Shown: positions 26,470-36,498, counted from the stretch's first letter. The stretch is DNA of 64,000 nucleotides from Candidatus Yanofskybacteria bacterium RIFCSPHIGHO2_01_FULL_41_26 (GCA_001794055.1 MGJB01000006.1:26168-90167); one strand, 5' to 3'. Notes: generated by a model not told the origin, from the sequence alone. Numbers and translations are program-made.

Positions 26470-27103
26470 CAAAAAAGTAATAATTTTCGATTTTGACGGT
26501 GTTCTGGCTGACTCGTTTGACCATTTTTACTCTCTAAACAGGGACGGAATGAAACATGTTGGTCTTTCTTTTACGAAAGAACAATATCGAAATCTGTTTA
26601 TCGGCAATGTCCATCAAGGATTTAAAAATTTTATAAACGATGACCAAAAATATCTAACTTTTTCAGAATTCAGAAACGAAAATTATGACCGAAACTACTA
26701 CAACAAGGAGGGGGGCGTTAAACTGTTTCCGGAAGCACTGACATTTCTGAAAAAAATAGGCGAAAAATACATTCTAACAGTTGCTTCGTCCAGCCACAAA
26801 AACAATATCAAAAATTTATTGGAAAAAAACAAGGTATTAGACATATTTGGGTTAATAATTGCAAACACGACTACAACAAAAGCGGGAATGCTAAATGAAA
26901 TAATGAAAAAATTCAATGCTAAGCCGTCAGAAGTATTGATGATAACCGATACCATTGGTGATATTCTAATAGCAAAAAAGTCCGGTCTTAAAACTATAGC
27001 CGCTACTTGGGGTTTTCATTCTTCAAAATTGTTAAGGTCAGCCAAACCCGATTGCCTTGCCAGTAATTTTAAAATGCTGTATAAACAACTCAAAGCTTTT
27101 TGA
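26438..27103 (+). CDS. HAD-superfamily hydrolase (phosphatase, subfamily IA-like).
   Basis: Motif I VIIFDFDGVLADS. Motif IV ITDTIGDILIAKKSG. It overlaps the previous ORF by 32 nt. Confidence 0.75.
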   Translation: MSRSSQFQKPNKKVIIFDFDGVLADSFDHFYSLNRDGMKHVGLSFTKEQYRNLFIGNVHQGFKNFINDDQKYLTFSEFRNENYDRNYYNKEGGVKLFPEALTFLKKIGEKYILTVASSSHKNNIKNLLEKNKVLDIFGLIIANTTTTKAGMLNEIMKKFNAKPSEVLMITDTIGDILIAKKSGLKTIAATWGFHSSKLLRSAKPDCLASNFKMLYKQLKAF

Positions 27104-27119
27104 AAAATAGGAGAACACC

Positions 27120-28313
27120 TTGACCAGTTACAAGTTCCCCTTGGTCACAGACACAATTACCGCAGAAGACAATATTGCTAGAGCTAATTGGCTAATGACC
27201 AACCCCCGATTAACTATGGGGTCTTTGGTTAAAGCATACGAAAACAAATGGTCTCGGTGGGTGGGCAGAAAATATTCTGTTGCCTGCAATTCCGGATCAT
27301 CCGCAAATTTACTTATGTATGACGCCCTACTTCAGTCAGGAAAGCTGCAAAACAAAAAGATCATCGTTCCAAGCTCCGCCTGGGTTACCACCATAGCTCC
27401 AGCCATTCAGCTCGGGTTTGAACCAATTATGTGTGACGCAGATGAATCTAGTTTTGGATTGGACATTGATCATTTAGAAGAATTGCTACTTAAACATAAA
27501 CCTGGAACCGTGATGCTTGTTCAAGTTTTGGGTGTTCCAGCTAATATGGACAAAATAATGCAACTCAAAGAAGATTATGACTTCTTCCTGCTTGAAGACG
27601 CTTGCGCCGCAATGGGTTCATCATATCGCGGCCGTAAAATAGGCACCTTTGGCGACATGTCCAGTATATCAACCTACTTTGGTCACCAATTCTCAACCGT
27701 TGAAGGCGGCATGGTTTCAACCGATGACAAGGAGCTGTATACAATCGCTTTTATGTTGCGCAGTCACGGCTGGATCAACGGGCTTGACCCAGAAACAAGA
27801 GCTCAATATTTAAATAAGCATAGCATCAAAGACATTGGAACCGGATTCGTTTTTCCTTATGCAGGATATAATTTTCGGCTTACTGACGACCATGCTTTTA
27901 TTGGTTTGAGACAATTAGACAGAATGGAATGGCTTATTAGACAAAGATATGGCAACCACCTGCTTTATCAAAAACTGTTAACGGGCCTCTTTGGCTTCCA
28001 AATGTTTGATAAGGATACGACTGTTTGCAGTATTCACTTTTGTGCATTAGCCGAAAGTGAAGATGAAAGAAATTTCATTACTTCGGAACTTCAGGAAAAT
28101 AGCATAGAAACTAGGCCGTTTACTTCAGGCAATCAAGGCCTACAGCCATATTGGTTCAAAAAATATCCCAAATTTAATGGCCAAACGGCTACTCGATTAT
28201 ATGAATGCGGATTCTTTTTACCAAACTATCCGACATTAACTAATTCTGATATTGAACATATTTGTTCGGTAGCGATAAAAGCCGCGCTGGAACACCGTAA
28301 AGGAGACAGATAG
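27120..28313 (+). CDS. DegT-family PLP/PMP-dependent enzyme with His in place of the Schiff-base Lys, i.e. a ColD/E1-like nucleotide-sugar 3-dehydratase.
   Basis: Family fold with SGSSANLL. The active-site segment reads ISTYFGHQFSTVEGG, where canonical aminotransferases have SF..K..T. The K-to-H switch is the hallmark of GDP-4-keto-6-deoxymannose 3-dehydratase (ColD) and of the CDP-sugar E1 dehydrase. TTG start with AGGAG SD. Confidence 0.65.
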   Translation: MTSYKFPLVTDTITAEDNIARANWLMTNPRLTMGSLVKAYENKWSRWVGRKYSVACNSGSSANLLMYDALLQSGKLQNKKIIVPSSAWVTTIAPAIQLGFEPIMCDADESSFGLDIDHLEELLLKHKPGTVMLVQVLGVPANMDKIMQLKEDYDFFLLEDACAAMGSSYRGRKIGTFGDMSSISTYFGHQFSTVEGGMVSTDDKELYTIAFMLRSHGWINGLDPETRAQYLNKHSIKDIGTGFVFPYAGYNFRLTDDHAFIGLRQLDRMEWLIRQRYGNHLLYQKLLTGLFGFQMFDKDTTVCSIHFCALAESEDERNFITSELQENSIETRPFTSGNQGLQPYWFKKYPKFNGQTATRLYECGFFLPNYPTLTNSDIEHICSVAIKAALEHRKGDR

Positions 28314-29248
28314 TGCCCAAAATCCTTGTAACCGGCGGAGCAGGATATATCGGTTCAGTTTTGGTGCCGATGCTTTTGCGAGCCGGACACGAAGTTTTCG
28401 TGCTGGACAATTTTATGTACGGCCAAACATCTCTTCTGGATTGTTGTCATAATTCCTTTTTTAGGGTTGCGAAAGGAGATGTCAGGAATGAGGATCTATT
28501 GCGACATTTGGCAAGACAGTCGGATATAATTATCCACCTTGCTTGTATTGTCGGCGCACCGGCATGCGACAAAGACCCTGTTACCGCCACAAGCATAAAC
28601 CTAGACTCTGTCAGAAGCTTATTAAGGTGTAGAACCTCAAATCAGCCAATAATTTACCCGAATACAAATAGCGGCTATGGAATAGGTCAAGATGGTATTT
28701 ATTGTACCGAAGAAACTCCATTGAACCCCGTTTCGTTGTACGGCCGACTAAAGGTTGCCGCGGAAAAAGAAATACTTAGTCAAGGAAATTCAATAACTCT
28801 GCGCTTGGCCACCGTCTTTGGCACAAGCCCCAGAATGCGTCTTGATCTTTTGGTTAATGATTTTGTTTACCGGGCCGTTAACGACCGTTTCGTTGTTCTT
28901 TTTGAAAGCCACTTCAAGAGAAACTACATCCACGTCCGGGACGTTGCCAGAGCGTTTATGCATTGCATGAACAATTTTGGCACAATGAGAGACCAGACAT
29001 ATAACGTCGGTTTAAGCGATGCCAATTTGTCTAAAAGAGAATTATGCCTAGAGATTCAGAAACAATTGCCGGGTTTTTATTTTCACGAAGCTCCAATCGG
29101 TCAGGATCCTGATAAACGCAACTATATTGTCAGCAATAAAAAAATAGAAAAAACCGGATTCAAACCGGAAATATCATTACGGGAAGGCATAGCCGAATTG
29201 ATAAAAGGTTTCCAAATCATAAGAAACAATCGCTTTGCGAATATTTAA
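28313..29248 (+). CDS. NAD(P)-dependent epimerase/reductase (extended SDR), putative 4-reductase partner of the 3-dehydratase.
   Basis: [19 protein letters not shown] Rossmann motif, YGRLKVAAE (YxxxK). GTG start overlapping the upstream stop, with AAGGAG SD. Confidence 0.75.
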   Translation: MPKILVTGGAGYIGSVLVPMLLRAGHEVFVLDNFMYGQTSLLDCCHNSFFRVAKGDVRNEDLLRHLARQSDIIIHLACIVGAPACDKDPVTATSINLDSVRSLLRCRTSNQPIIYPNTNSGYGIGQDGIYCTEETPLNPVSLYGRLKVAAEKEILSQGNSITLRLATVFGTSPRMRLDLLVNDFVYRAVNDRFVVLFESHFKRNYIHVRDVARAFMHCMNNFGTMRDQTYNVGLSDANLSKRELCLEIQKQLPGFYFHEAPIGQDPDKRNYIVSNKKIEKTGFKPEISLREGIAELIKGFQIIRNNRFANI

Positions 29249-29276
29249 AAAGAACTCCGAATGAGTTCTTTTTTAT
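29247..29276. terminator. Bidirectional rho-independent terminator between convergent genes: aaaagaactc-cgaat-gagttctttt.
   Basis: 7-10 bp stem flanked by an A-run upstream and a T-run downstream, so it is symmetric. It lies exactly between the stop at 29248 (+) and the stop at 29276 (-). Confidence 0.55.
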
Positions 29277-30643
29277 TATGCAAGAGGATTTATGTCATCG
29301 AACGGAAATGTATTTCTGTTAAGCTCAGATGCGGATAGTCCGGCTTCTTTAATAAACGCGACCAGTTCAAGATAATTATTTACTATTTGTTCATTAGTCA
29401 AGGTTTTTCCCCAAGAAGCGTTTTCGTGATATTGAAAAGTTAACCTGGGTTTTTTATTATCGAGATTATGGATGTGCATTGTATTTTCCCAATCCGTCTC
29501 GATATTTCTTATTCCGAATTTATCAGGGTTGCGAAACACCTCTGTTCCGGGTCTGATAGTAAATAACGAAAGATATATCAAGTCGGGTTGTGTTTCTTTT
29601 ATGAAATTCAGTGTTAACTCAACTATATTGTCTGGCTCGCCAGGAAGACCCATTATTAGATAAATCCTAGCTTCAATGCCATTTGCTTTCAACATTGCAA
29701 TCGTATCTTTGGCTTTCTGAACACTGATCCTTTTGTTTATTAGATTAAGCGATGGTTGCCAGACGCTTTCTACCCCAAGACCGAGGGATATACAACCTGA
29801 TTGAAAGGCTAATCCAGCCAGTTCAGGTGTAATTCCGTCAACACGACACTGGCCACGCCAGAAAATATCTGCCCTTCCGATGGCTTCCAGTTCGGCAATA
29901 GCGCTGGAACGTTTTAATGGCAAAGCAATCTCATCAACTAAAGCTACGCCCTGTATTCCATATTCACGCTTTAAATATTCAATTTCATTCTCGATAAGTT
30001 CCGGAAGGCGAAAACGTATCCCTGGCGTCCCTTCTCTGGCTGTCCGCAAAGCACAAAAATGACAATTATACGGACAGCCTCGGCTGAAAATAACATTCGT
30101 GGAAACAAGGTCATTAAAACCAGGCTTGCTTTTTAAAGTCATCATTTTTCTTCGGGCTGTAGTACTTTTGGGCAGGAATTTTCTGTTTGGATGGCAATAC
30201 TCATTTATATCTATGACGCCCTGTTGCCTATAAATTTGTTGAAGTTTATTACAAGCCAGATCATTAACGGCCGCTATTATCGTTAACTCACCCTCTCCTA
30301 ATATGAGTGAGTCAAATATTCGAAGTGATTCTTGAGGAAATTCAACAGCATGAGGTCCGCCGGCAATGTGAACCGCTCTGGGATATTGCCGGCGCAGCAT
30401 TGCAACAATGGCTTTCTGTTCATTTATATCAAGTGTATAGATTGAATGAAGATAAACATCGCATTCCGGAATATGATAAAGGGCAAATTCTCTTTTTATT
30501 CCCCTTAGATCAGGAAGACAAAGCTCTACTCTGCTTCCAAAATATTCTTCCAAAATCGTAAGTATCTGTAGATGAGTAAAAGGATCCCCTCGGAACGGAT
30601 CATTGAGATAGTGGCTACTTGGTAAGATAAAACCTATCTTCAC
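29276..30643 (-). CDS. Cobalamin-binding (class B) radical SAM protein, copy 2.
   Basis: N-terminal B12-binding domain (KIGFILPS...HIAGGPHAV). Radical SAM motif CPYNCHFC. GTG start preceded by GAGAGGGGA. Confidence 0.75.
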   Translation of the reverse strand: MKIGFILPSSHYLNDPFRGDPFTHLQILTILEEYFGSRVELCLPDLRGIKREFALYHIPECDVYLHSIYTLDINEQKAIVAMLRRQYPRAVHIAGGPHAVEFPQESLRIFDSLILGEGELTIIAAVNDLACNKLQQIYRQQGVIDINEYCHPNRKFLPKSTTARRKMMTLKSKPGFNDLVSTNVIFSRGCPYNCHFCALRTAREGTPGIRFRLPELIENEIEYLKREYGIQGVALVDEIALPLKRSSAIAELEAIGRADIFWRGQCRVDGITPELAGLAFQSGCISLGLGVESVWQPSLNLINKRISVQKAKDTIAMLKANGIEARIYLIMGLPGEPDNIVELTLNFIKETQPDLIYLSLFTIRPGTEVFRNPDKFGIRNIETDWENTMHIHNLDNKKPRLTFQYHENASWGKTLTNEQIVNNYLELVAFIKEAGLSASELNRNTFPFDDINPLA

Positions 30644-30786
30644 CAGAGAATCCCCTCTCGATAATTTTTAAAAAACTGCCTCATTATGCGTCTTAATTCA
30701 ATAGTTGTAAACCTCAAAATTAAGTTGACAAATTAATCGAAGTTCATTACCGTATCTGAAAGTTCATTCAAAAAACAGGAGATAGC

Positions 30787-31368
30787 ATGAACTCGGTAAA
30801 ATCTTGGATTAAGATCGGCAACAAATCAGTTTTAGCCGAAGGTCGCAGCGGAAAAAGATTGATTAGCCAATTGTTCAAAAATCCAGCGAGCGGCCAACTC
30901 ATCGATTACACTCTTTTTGACGCCGATTTTATTTCTGTCATAATTTTCCCTTTGACAACAAACGGGGAGGTAATCGCCGTCCGACAATTCCGTATGGGAA
31001 TAGATAGGGTATCACTCGAATTACCGGGGGGTAATAAAAAAGTTGAAGATAAAAATTTTATCGAGACAGCCGAAAGAGAGCTGAGGGAAGAAACCGGATA
31101 CAAAGCAGGTCAAATAATTCCGTTAGCAGACAAATTGTGGATAGATCCATCATCATGTACACCCTACCTCTATTCATTCCTGGCTCTGGAATGCAAAAGA
31201 ACAGAAAAGACAGAAGAAGATGCTAACGAAATTATAGAAACAGTGACTATGCCGCAATCAAAGTGGATAGACATGATATCTGGAGGTAAAATATCCGATA
31301 TGAAAACAATCGCCATAACTCTGCTTGCTATTTCTCACTTATCAGATAAACTAATAATCAGTACCTAA
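30787..31368 (+). CDS. Nudix hydrolase.
   Basis: Nudix box GGNKKVEDKNFIETAERELREETGY (Gx5Ex7REuxEExGu). 193 aa. AGGAG SD. Confidence 0.8.
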   Translation: MNSVKSWIKIGNKSVLAEGRSGKRLISQLFKNPASGQLIDYTLFDADFISVIIFPLTTNGEVIAVRQFRMGIDRVSLELPGGNKKVEDKNFIETAERELREETGYKAGQIIPLADKLWIDPSSCTPYLYSFLALECKRTEKTEEDANEIIETVTMPQSKWIDMISGGKISDMKTIAITLLAISHLSDKLIIST

Positions 31369-31385
31369 GAATAAGGAGAGATTAG

Positions 31386-32135
31386 GTGGAAGATAGCTTC
31401 ATTCTGACCAGAGAACAAATCCTGTTTTATAGAAAGAACGGATACTTAGTGGTGCCCCATGTCCTCACTTGCGAACAATGCGATAAGATGAATCAAATCT
31501 TTGAACAGTACGCCAAAGATCACGGTGATAAAGAATTCAAAGGCATAATGAATCTCGACAGAGAAGATCATCGAATAAGAGACCTTTTGCGCTATTATAA
31601 AATTGTTTTAATCCTTGACGCTCTTCAGGATGGCGAGGTTGTAGGTCTTCAATCAATGTTTTTATTTAAAAAAGGCGGAACTGATTATGCTCCGCAGGCC
31701 TGGAACCCACATCAAGATAACGCTTACCCTAGAGCTCCCCACGGTATGTATCTAACCGGCAACATTCCTTTTGCCGACCAAGATAGAGAAAACGGGTGTA
31801 TGTATATTTATCCGGGTTCACACATGGAAAGCCTTCTTCCTGCTGATTTCTTCAAAAGCTTCCACGAAGAACCAGGCAAGAATCCTGGACACGATGTTTC
31901 AAGAAGCCTGCCGTTAGACTATCCGAGAGTTGATTTGCCGATGAAAAAGGGCTCCGTGTTGATTCTTCACGGAAATGTAGTTCATGGTTCATATCCCAAT
32001 AGATCACAGAGAGATAGGCCAATGCTCTTGATACCTTTTGGGACCAAAGGTATAACCCAACAGCCAAATTTTATCCCCGGCAAAACCGCTAAGCGTGAAG
32101 AATTCAGCTTAAGACCCTTAAGCTATAAACTTTGA
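31386..32135 (+). CDS. Fe(II)/2-oxoglutarate-dependent dioxygenase of the phytanoyl-CoA dioxygenase (PhyH) family.
   Basis: Facial-triad candidates HQD (WNPHQDNAY) and a distal His (HGNVVHGSYPNRS). Conserved N-terminal YxxNGY (YRKNGYLVV). 249 aa. Confidence 0.65.
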   Translation: MEDSFILTREQILFYRKNGYLVVPHVLTCEQCDKMNQIFEQYAKDHGDKEFKGIMNLDREDHRIRDLLRYYKIVLILDALQDGEVVGLQSMFLFKKGGTDYAPQAWNPHQDNAYPRAPHGMYLTGNIPFADQDRENGCMYIYPGSHMESLLPADFFKSFHEEPGKNPGHDVSRSLPLDYPRVDLPMKKGSVLILHGNVVHGSYPNRSQRDRPMLLIPFGTKGITQQPNFIPGKTAKREEFSLRPLSYKL

Positions 32136-32161
32136 TAAACCCTGTAAAGTGATACAACATG

Positions 32162-32190
32162 ACCGCCCACCCAAAGGCGGTTTTTTAATT
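32162..32190 (+). terminator. Rho-independent terminator: accgcc-cacccaaa-ggcggt followed by TTTTTT.
   Basis: 6-bp GC-rich stem plus T-tract, 27 nt after the stop at 32135. Confidence 0.5.
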
Positions 32191-32269
32191 TGAAAAACTG
32201 GACAAAGAATATATTTTACGATATCGTATTTCAATTCAGTATCTTAAAAATTAATGGAGGGAGGGTCTT

Positions 32270-34153
32270 GTGACTGAACCGATTCAGCTCGGGACAAATC
32301 CGGCAATTCAAAAAATTGCCAACAAAATACGACGGGTCCTTCCTTCAGGTTGCAAACGCGTCTTACTTGTCGAGCCACCTAATGTGCCCGAGGAAGATTG
32401 GGATCCCGATGTAGCCACAAACAACAGATATCCAGTTTATGACCCCAAGGGTCTGGCAGTTTTATCATCTTGCATACAATTAAGAGGCTATGAAACGGAT
32501 GTCATGGATCTCAATTTCATGATCCAAGATAGTTTTAAAAATAATCCGAATGGTTTTGAATATCGAAATTGGGAAAACTGGTTAAGACAAAAATTAGGAG
32601 AGTTTAAGCCTCATGTAGTCGGCCTTACTTGTATGTTCACCATATATCATCGTTCTATGACAAGGATTGCCCAATTGATCAAAGAATATAACCCGCAAAT
32701 AATCATCATCGCTGGTGGCGTTCACTCTACTATGGCCTCATCTGATGTTAAATCGGCTCCCGGCCAATTAGTTCTTGAGGACTGTAAAGAAATTGATTTT
32801 GTCGGCCTTTATGAAGGCAATGACAGTTTCCCGGATTTTCTTGACATGGCAAACAACAAACTGGAACCAGAAAACCTCACTCAAATTGCCACATTAGTAG
32901 ATAATAATTATGTAGCCATTACAAGAAGAACGGAACCAAGAACGGAAACACTGAATGCTTTGCCGAATTATCATGACTTGCCAATTGAAAGATATAGCTC
33001 CCTTGGAAGAATCGGCACTTTTTATTGGTTATTTAAGCCGGATACTCGAGCAGCTACCATCCTAGTAAATAGAGGTTGTCGCGCTCATTGCAGATTTTGT
33101 TCAGTAGAGAAGTTCAACGGCAAGGGTGTCGTGTTAAAACGGGACATAGAGATGATTGGTGATGAATTGGAATTCTTAAGAGATAAGTATGGAATTAATC
33201 ATGTAATGATTCTCGACGATGACCTTCTTAATGGAGAGGAGCGGACTGTTGCTCTTTTTGAAGATTGGCAAAAAAGAAAATTAGGCATTACTTGGGATGC
33301 ATCTAATGCGGTGATCGCATCGGCGCTAACTCCAGAAATAGCTCACGCAGCAGCCGAATCAGGATGTATCGCTTTAAGTTTCGGCATTGAATCCGGCAAT
33401 CCTCAAGTGCTTAAAAATATACCCAAACCAAGCGGAGTGCCTCATTATCTCCGGGCCGGTGAAATAATGAAAAAACACCCTCAAATATTCACTAAAGGAT
33501 TGTTAATGGTCGGTTTCCCGCCTGAACCTGAAAGAAATTTTCCCGGCGAATCAATAAGAATGATCTGGGACACCATAAATCTTGCAAAACAAATGGATCT
33601 GGACTGGTATACTATCCAACCCCTTAACCTTATTCCGGGCGTTGAGATGACCAACCATGCCCTAGTCCGAGGAGAGATAACAAAACAAGAATTAATAGAT
33701 GGATCAGAAAGACCGGTAGTAGGTTCGACCGGCAAACAAGACCGGCGAAGCAAAGAAGAGAAGACAAAAGCCTTGCCCTTTATAAGTCATCTTCATGATG
33801 AGAATTTAGACAGAATTCCCCTAAGAAAAGAACTTATCGATATATGGTTCGTAATGGATTATATGGTCAATTATGAGAAACTCTGGAATCTGGAACTTCC
33901 GATCAAAATACAAATGCTCCACAAGCTGTTCGTCAACATGTGTGACAGGACCCATAAAGAGAATGCTTTGGGTAATTTATTCTTTGCTCTTTTAGAGTAC
34001 CGACTTGGACACAAAAAGATGGCAAATGACAGATTAAGATTAGCTAGAGAATTTTCAGCGACTAACGACTATTGGAGGAAAAGGTTTCCAGTATTAGGAT
34101 TAGACGGACTTGTCGAGAAACTACAGCACATGATAGATCAATTACGGGACTAG
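32270..34153 (+). CDS. Cobalamin-binding (class B) radical SAM protein, copy 3, with a long C-terminal extension.
   Basis: B12-binding N-terminus (RVLLVEPP...IIIIAGGVHST). Radical SAM motif GCRAHCRFC. GTG start preceded by GGAGGGAGGG SD. 627 aa. Confidence 0.75.
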   Translation: MTEPIQLGTNPAIQKIANKIRRVLPSGCKRVLLVEPPNVPEEDWDPDVATNNRYPVYDPKGLAVLSSCIQLRGYETDVMDLNFMIQDSFKNNPNGFEYRNWENWLRQKLGEFKPHVVGLTCMFTIYHRSMTRIAQLIKEYNPQIIIIAGGVHSTMASSDVKSAPGQLVLEDCKEIDFVGLYEGNDSFPDFLDMANNKLEPENLTQIATLVDNNYVAITRRTEPRTETLNALPNYHDLPIERYSSLGRIGTFYWLFKPDTRAATILVNRGCRAHCRFCSVEKFNGKGVVLKRDIEMIGDELEFLRDKYGINHVMILDDDLLNGEERTVALFEDWQKRKLGITWDASNAVIASALTPEIAHAAAESGCIALSFGIESGNPQVLKNIPKPSGVPHYLRAGEIMKKHPQIFTKGLLMVGFPPEPERNFPGESIRMIWDTINLAKQMDLDWYTIQPLNLIPGVEMTNHALVRGEITKQELIDGSERPVVGSTGKQDRRSKEEKTKALPFISHLHDENLDRIPLRKELIDIWFVMDYMVNYEKLWNLELPIKIQMLHKLFVNMCDRTHKENALGNLFFALLEYRLGHKKMANDRLRLAREFSATNDYWRKRFPVLGLDGLVEKLQHMIDQLRD

Positions 34154-34168
34154 ACAGTCCCTTTTTAA
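34146..34168 (+). terminator. Hairpin gggact-agac-agtccc plus TTTTT, overlapping the stop codon.
   Basis: 6-bp stem. The stop codon TAG lies inside the stem-loop. T-tract follows. Confidence 0.45.
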
Positions 34169-34211
34169 TTACTTATAATATCACAAAGCTTTTTAACAAT
34201 GAGGTTGCTCG

Positions 34212-35597
34212 GTGTTGCAAAACGTTGATCCGAACATATTGAAAACAACTAACGCCTTTATGTATACCGAATATCCCCATAAAAGCTTCTGGTCAACTGA
34301 CCTAAGGAGCGACGATTATCACTCGGCATTATTAAAACTGCTTACAGAAGAACCAGATGCTCCACTTTTGTTATATGTTCACATTCTCTACTGTACCCAG
34401 CTTTGTTGGTTCTGCACATGTCATATAGGAGAAATAACCAAAAGTCTGGACAAAAGACAGAATTATCTTGAGATGCTTTATCTAGAAATTAGTCTGTTAA
34501 AAAAAATTATTACTGGACACTCATTGACTCCAAATTTTACGGAAATACACTTAGGTGGTGGCTCTCCAAGCGATCTTGACACGCCTGACTTTGATCGACT
34601 GATAGAAAACTTGGAATCGATGGTAAATATTAGAAATTTGAGCGAATTTTCCATTGAAATAGACCCGAGACACACAACCAGAAAAATGCTTCTGTATTAT
34701 CATAACAAAGGGATAAACAGAATTTCAATAGGCATACAGGACTTCGATCCACAAGTCCAAGCGGCCATTAACCGAGTTCAGTCGATTGAACTAGTAGAAA
34801 ACCTGATGAGTGATGAAACAATCGCTCTTTTTCCAAACGGAGTAAACTTTGACATTATCTGCGGTTTGCCCCATCAAACGACAGATACCATAGCAAGAAC
34901 AATGAATGAATGCGTGCGACTTTCACCGGACAGGATATGCTTAAATTATCTCCACCTAGCTCCTGAGTTTGCAAAACATCAGAACTTGATGTTTGACGGG
35001 AAATACGGCAGACCCAATCATTTGCCCGACTATTACGAAAGGAAAAAACTTTTTGCCGCAGCCCTTGAAATCTTAACCAAAAACGGCTATGTGCGAACTG
35101 GATACGACCATTTTGCCAAATCGACTGATTCTGTGGCGAGAGCAATGTCAGAGGGCAAAATGCATTGGAACTCGTTAGGAGTAACTTCGGGAAGATATAA
35201 TAATGTAATAGGGGTCGGCGTTCACAGTTATAGCACCATTGGAAACAGCTACTTCCAAAACCACTATGATATTCCATCATACAAACACTCGCTTGAACTG
35301 AATACTTTGCCGATATTCCGTGGACACCGGCTGAACAGAGATGACCTGATACGCCGAGACGTAATTCAAACTTTACGCAATTTCTTTTCTGTGGATTTTG
35401 CGAACATTGAAACTAAATACGGAATTATTTTTGAAACCTACTTCAAAACCGAAATAGATACCTTGGACGATTATGTCAAAGACGGACTTGTCAAAATTAG
35501 AGACAGATCAATCGTCATAACGGAAAAAGGATATCAATTTGCCAACACGGTATGCTATGTTTTCGACGCATACAAAAGCCCAAGACCCAAGTTTTAA
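34212..35597 (+). CDS. HemN-like radical SAM protein (coproporphyrinogen-III-oxidase family; HemW / class C radical-SAM-methyltransferase-like).
   Basis: Motif LYVHILYCTQLCWFCTC (CxxxCxxC in a HemN-type context). About 460 aa with a HemN-like C-terminal region. GTG start. Confidence 0.6.
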   Translation: MLQNVDPNILKTTNAFMYTEYPHKSFWSTDLRSDDYHSALLKLLTEEPDAPLLLYVHILYCTQLCWFCTCHIGEITKSLDKRQNYLEMLYLEISLLKKIITGHSLTPNFTEIHLGGGSPSDLDTPDFDRLIENLESMVNIRNLSEFSIEIDPRHTTRKMLLYYHNKGINRISIGIQDFDPQVQAAINRVQSIELVENLMSDETIALFPNGVNFDIICGLPHQTTDTIARTMNECVRLSPDRICLNYLHLAPEFAKHQNLMFDGKYGRPNHLPDYYERKKLFAAALEILTKNGYVRTGYDHFAKSTDSVARAMSEGKMHWNSLGVTSGRYNNVIGVGVHSYSTIGNSYFQNHYDIPSYKHSLELNTLPIFRGHRLNRDDLIRRDVIQTLRNFFSVDFANIETKYGIIFETYFKTEIDTLDDYVKDGLVKIRDRSIVITEKGYQFANTVCYVFDAYKSPRPKF

Positions 35598-35612
35598 AAC
35601 TTGGGTTTTTAC
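35586..35612 (+). terminator. Rho-independent terminator: cccaagtt-ttaa-aacttggg plus TTTTT.
   Basis: 8-bp stem containing the stop codon, followed by a T-tract. Confidence 0.5.
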
Positions 35613-35677
35613 TTGACATAAGCATCAATGTTCTTTAATATTCCGCCAAGTTCGTTGAAATTATACGGGAGGTAGTA

Positions 35678-36484
35678 ATGGATTTAGAGCTTAAGGGGCG
35701 TATAGCTCTGGTCACAGGAAGTTCCAATGGCTTAGGAAAAGCCATTGCCCTTGCCTTGGCGCAAGAAGGAGCCGATGTAATAATTAACGGGCGCAACAGA
35801 GAAACCCTTAACAACACGGCTCTTGAGATTGGAATGAAATCAAATACTAATATCCACAACTGTCATGTTGATGCCACCGACCCGGAGGGTATAAAACAAT
35901 TTTTTAGAATCAATAACTTTTGGCTTAAGAGATTGGATATATTGGTAAACAATGTCGGCAACTTGGAAAAATTTGGAAATTTTTCCAATCTTGAAGATAG
36001 AGATTGGATGAGAAGTTATGAATTAACATTTATGAGTATGGTGCGCTTCACCAGAGAAGCTCTTCCATTGTTGAAGAAATCCCCCGGAGCATCTATCCTA
36101 AACATTGGGAGCTTGGTATCACATCAACCCGGAAAATTCAATCATCATTATGTGGCAGCTAAAGCAGCAATGCTGGCAGTAAGTAAGCAAATGGCCAACG
36201 AATTCGGTGCTTTTGGAATAAGGGTAAACGTTGTTTGTCCAAGTACCATTAAAGATGGCGGTTGGATAAGAAATGTTCAAGATAGAGCAAAGCGGATGAA
36301 TGTTTCCCCACAAGAAGCAGAACAGGCAATGGAAGATGATGCCAAAGCAAGGTCTCCTCTTGGAATAATTGGCCACGCAGACGATGTATCTGGTTTAATT
36401 GTTTTTTTGGCATCGGACAAGGCAAAATTTCTAACCGGCCATTGTTATAATGTAGATGGCGGGATAACCCGCTCTGCAATTTAG
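35678..36484 (+). CDS. Classical SDR oxidoreductase (3-oxoacyl-ACP-reductase-like).
   Basis: TGSSNGLGKAIALAL (TGxxxGxG). NNVG motif. YVAAKAAM (YxxxK). Confidence 0.8.
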   Translation: MDLELKGRIALVTGSSNGLGKAIALALAQEGADVIINGRNRETLNNTALEIGMKSNTNIHNCHVDATDPEGIKQFFRINNFWLKRLDILVNNVGNLEKFGNFSNLEDRDWMRSYELTFMSMVRFTREALPLLKKSPGASILNIGSLVSHQPGKFNHHYVAAKAAMLAVSKQMANEFGAFGIRVNVVCPSTIKDGGWIRNVQDRAKRMNVSPQEAEQAMEDDAKARSPLGIIGHADDVSGLIVFLASDKAKFLTGHCYNVDGGITRSAI

Positions 36485-36498
36485 GGAAAAGGGAAACA

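Noticed and set aside
35641-35680. One-nucleotide discrepancy between my manual indexing of the ATG of the SDR gene (35677) and the ORF-track start (35678).
   Set aside because: The ORF-track frame is self-consistent with the stop at 36484, so my hand count is probably off by one somewhere on that line. All manually placed small features should therefore be treated as +/-2 nt.
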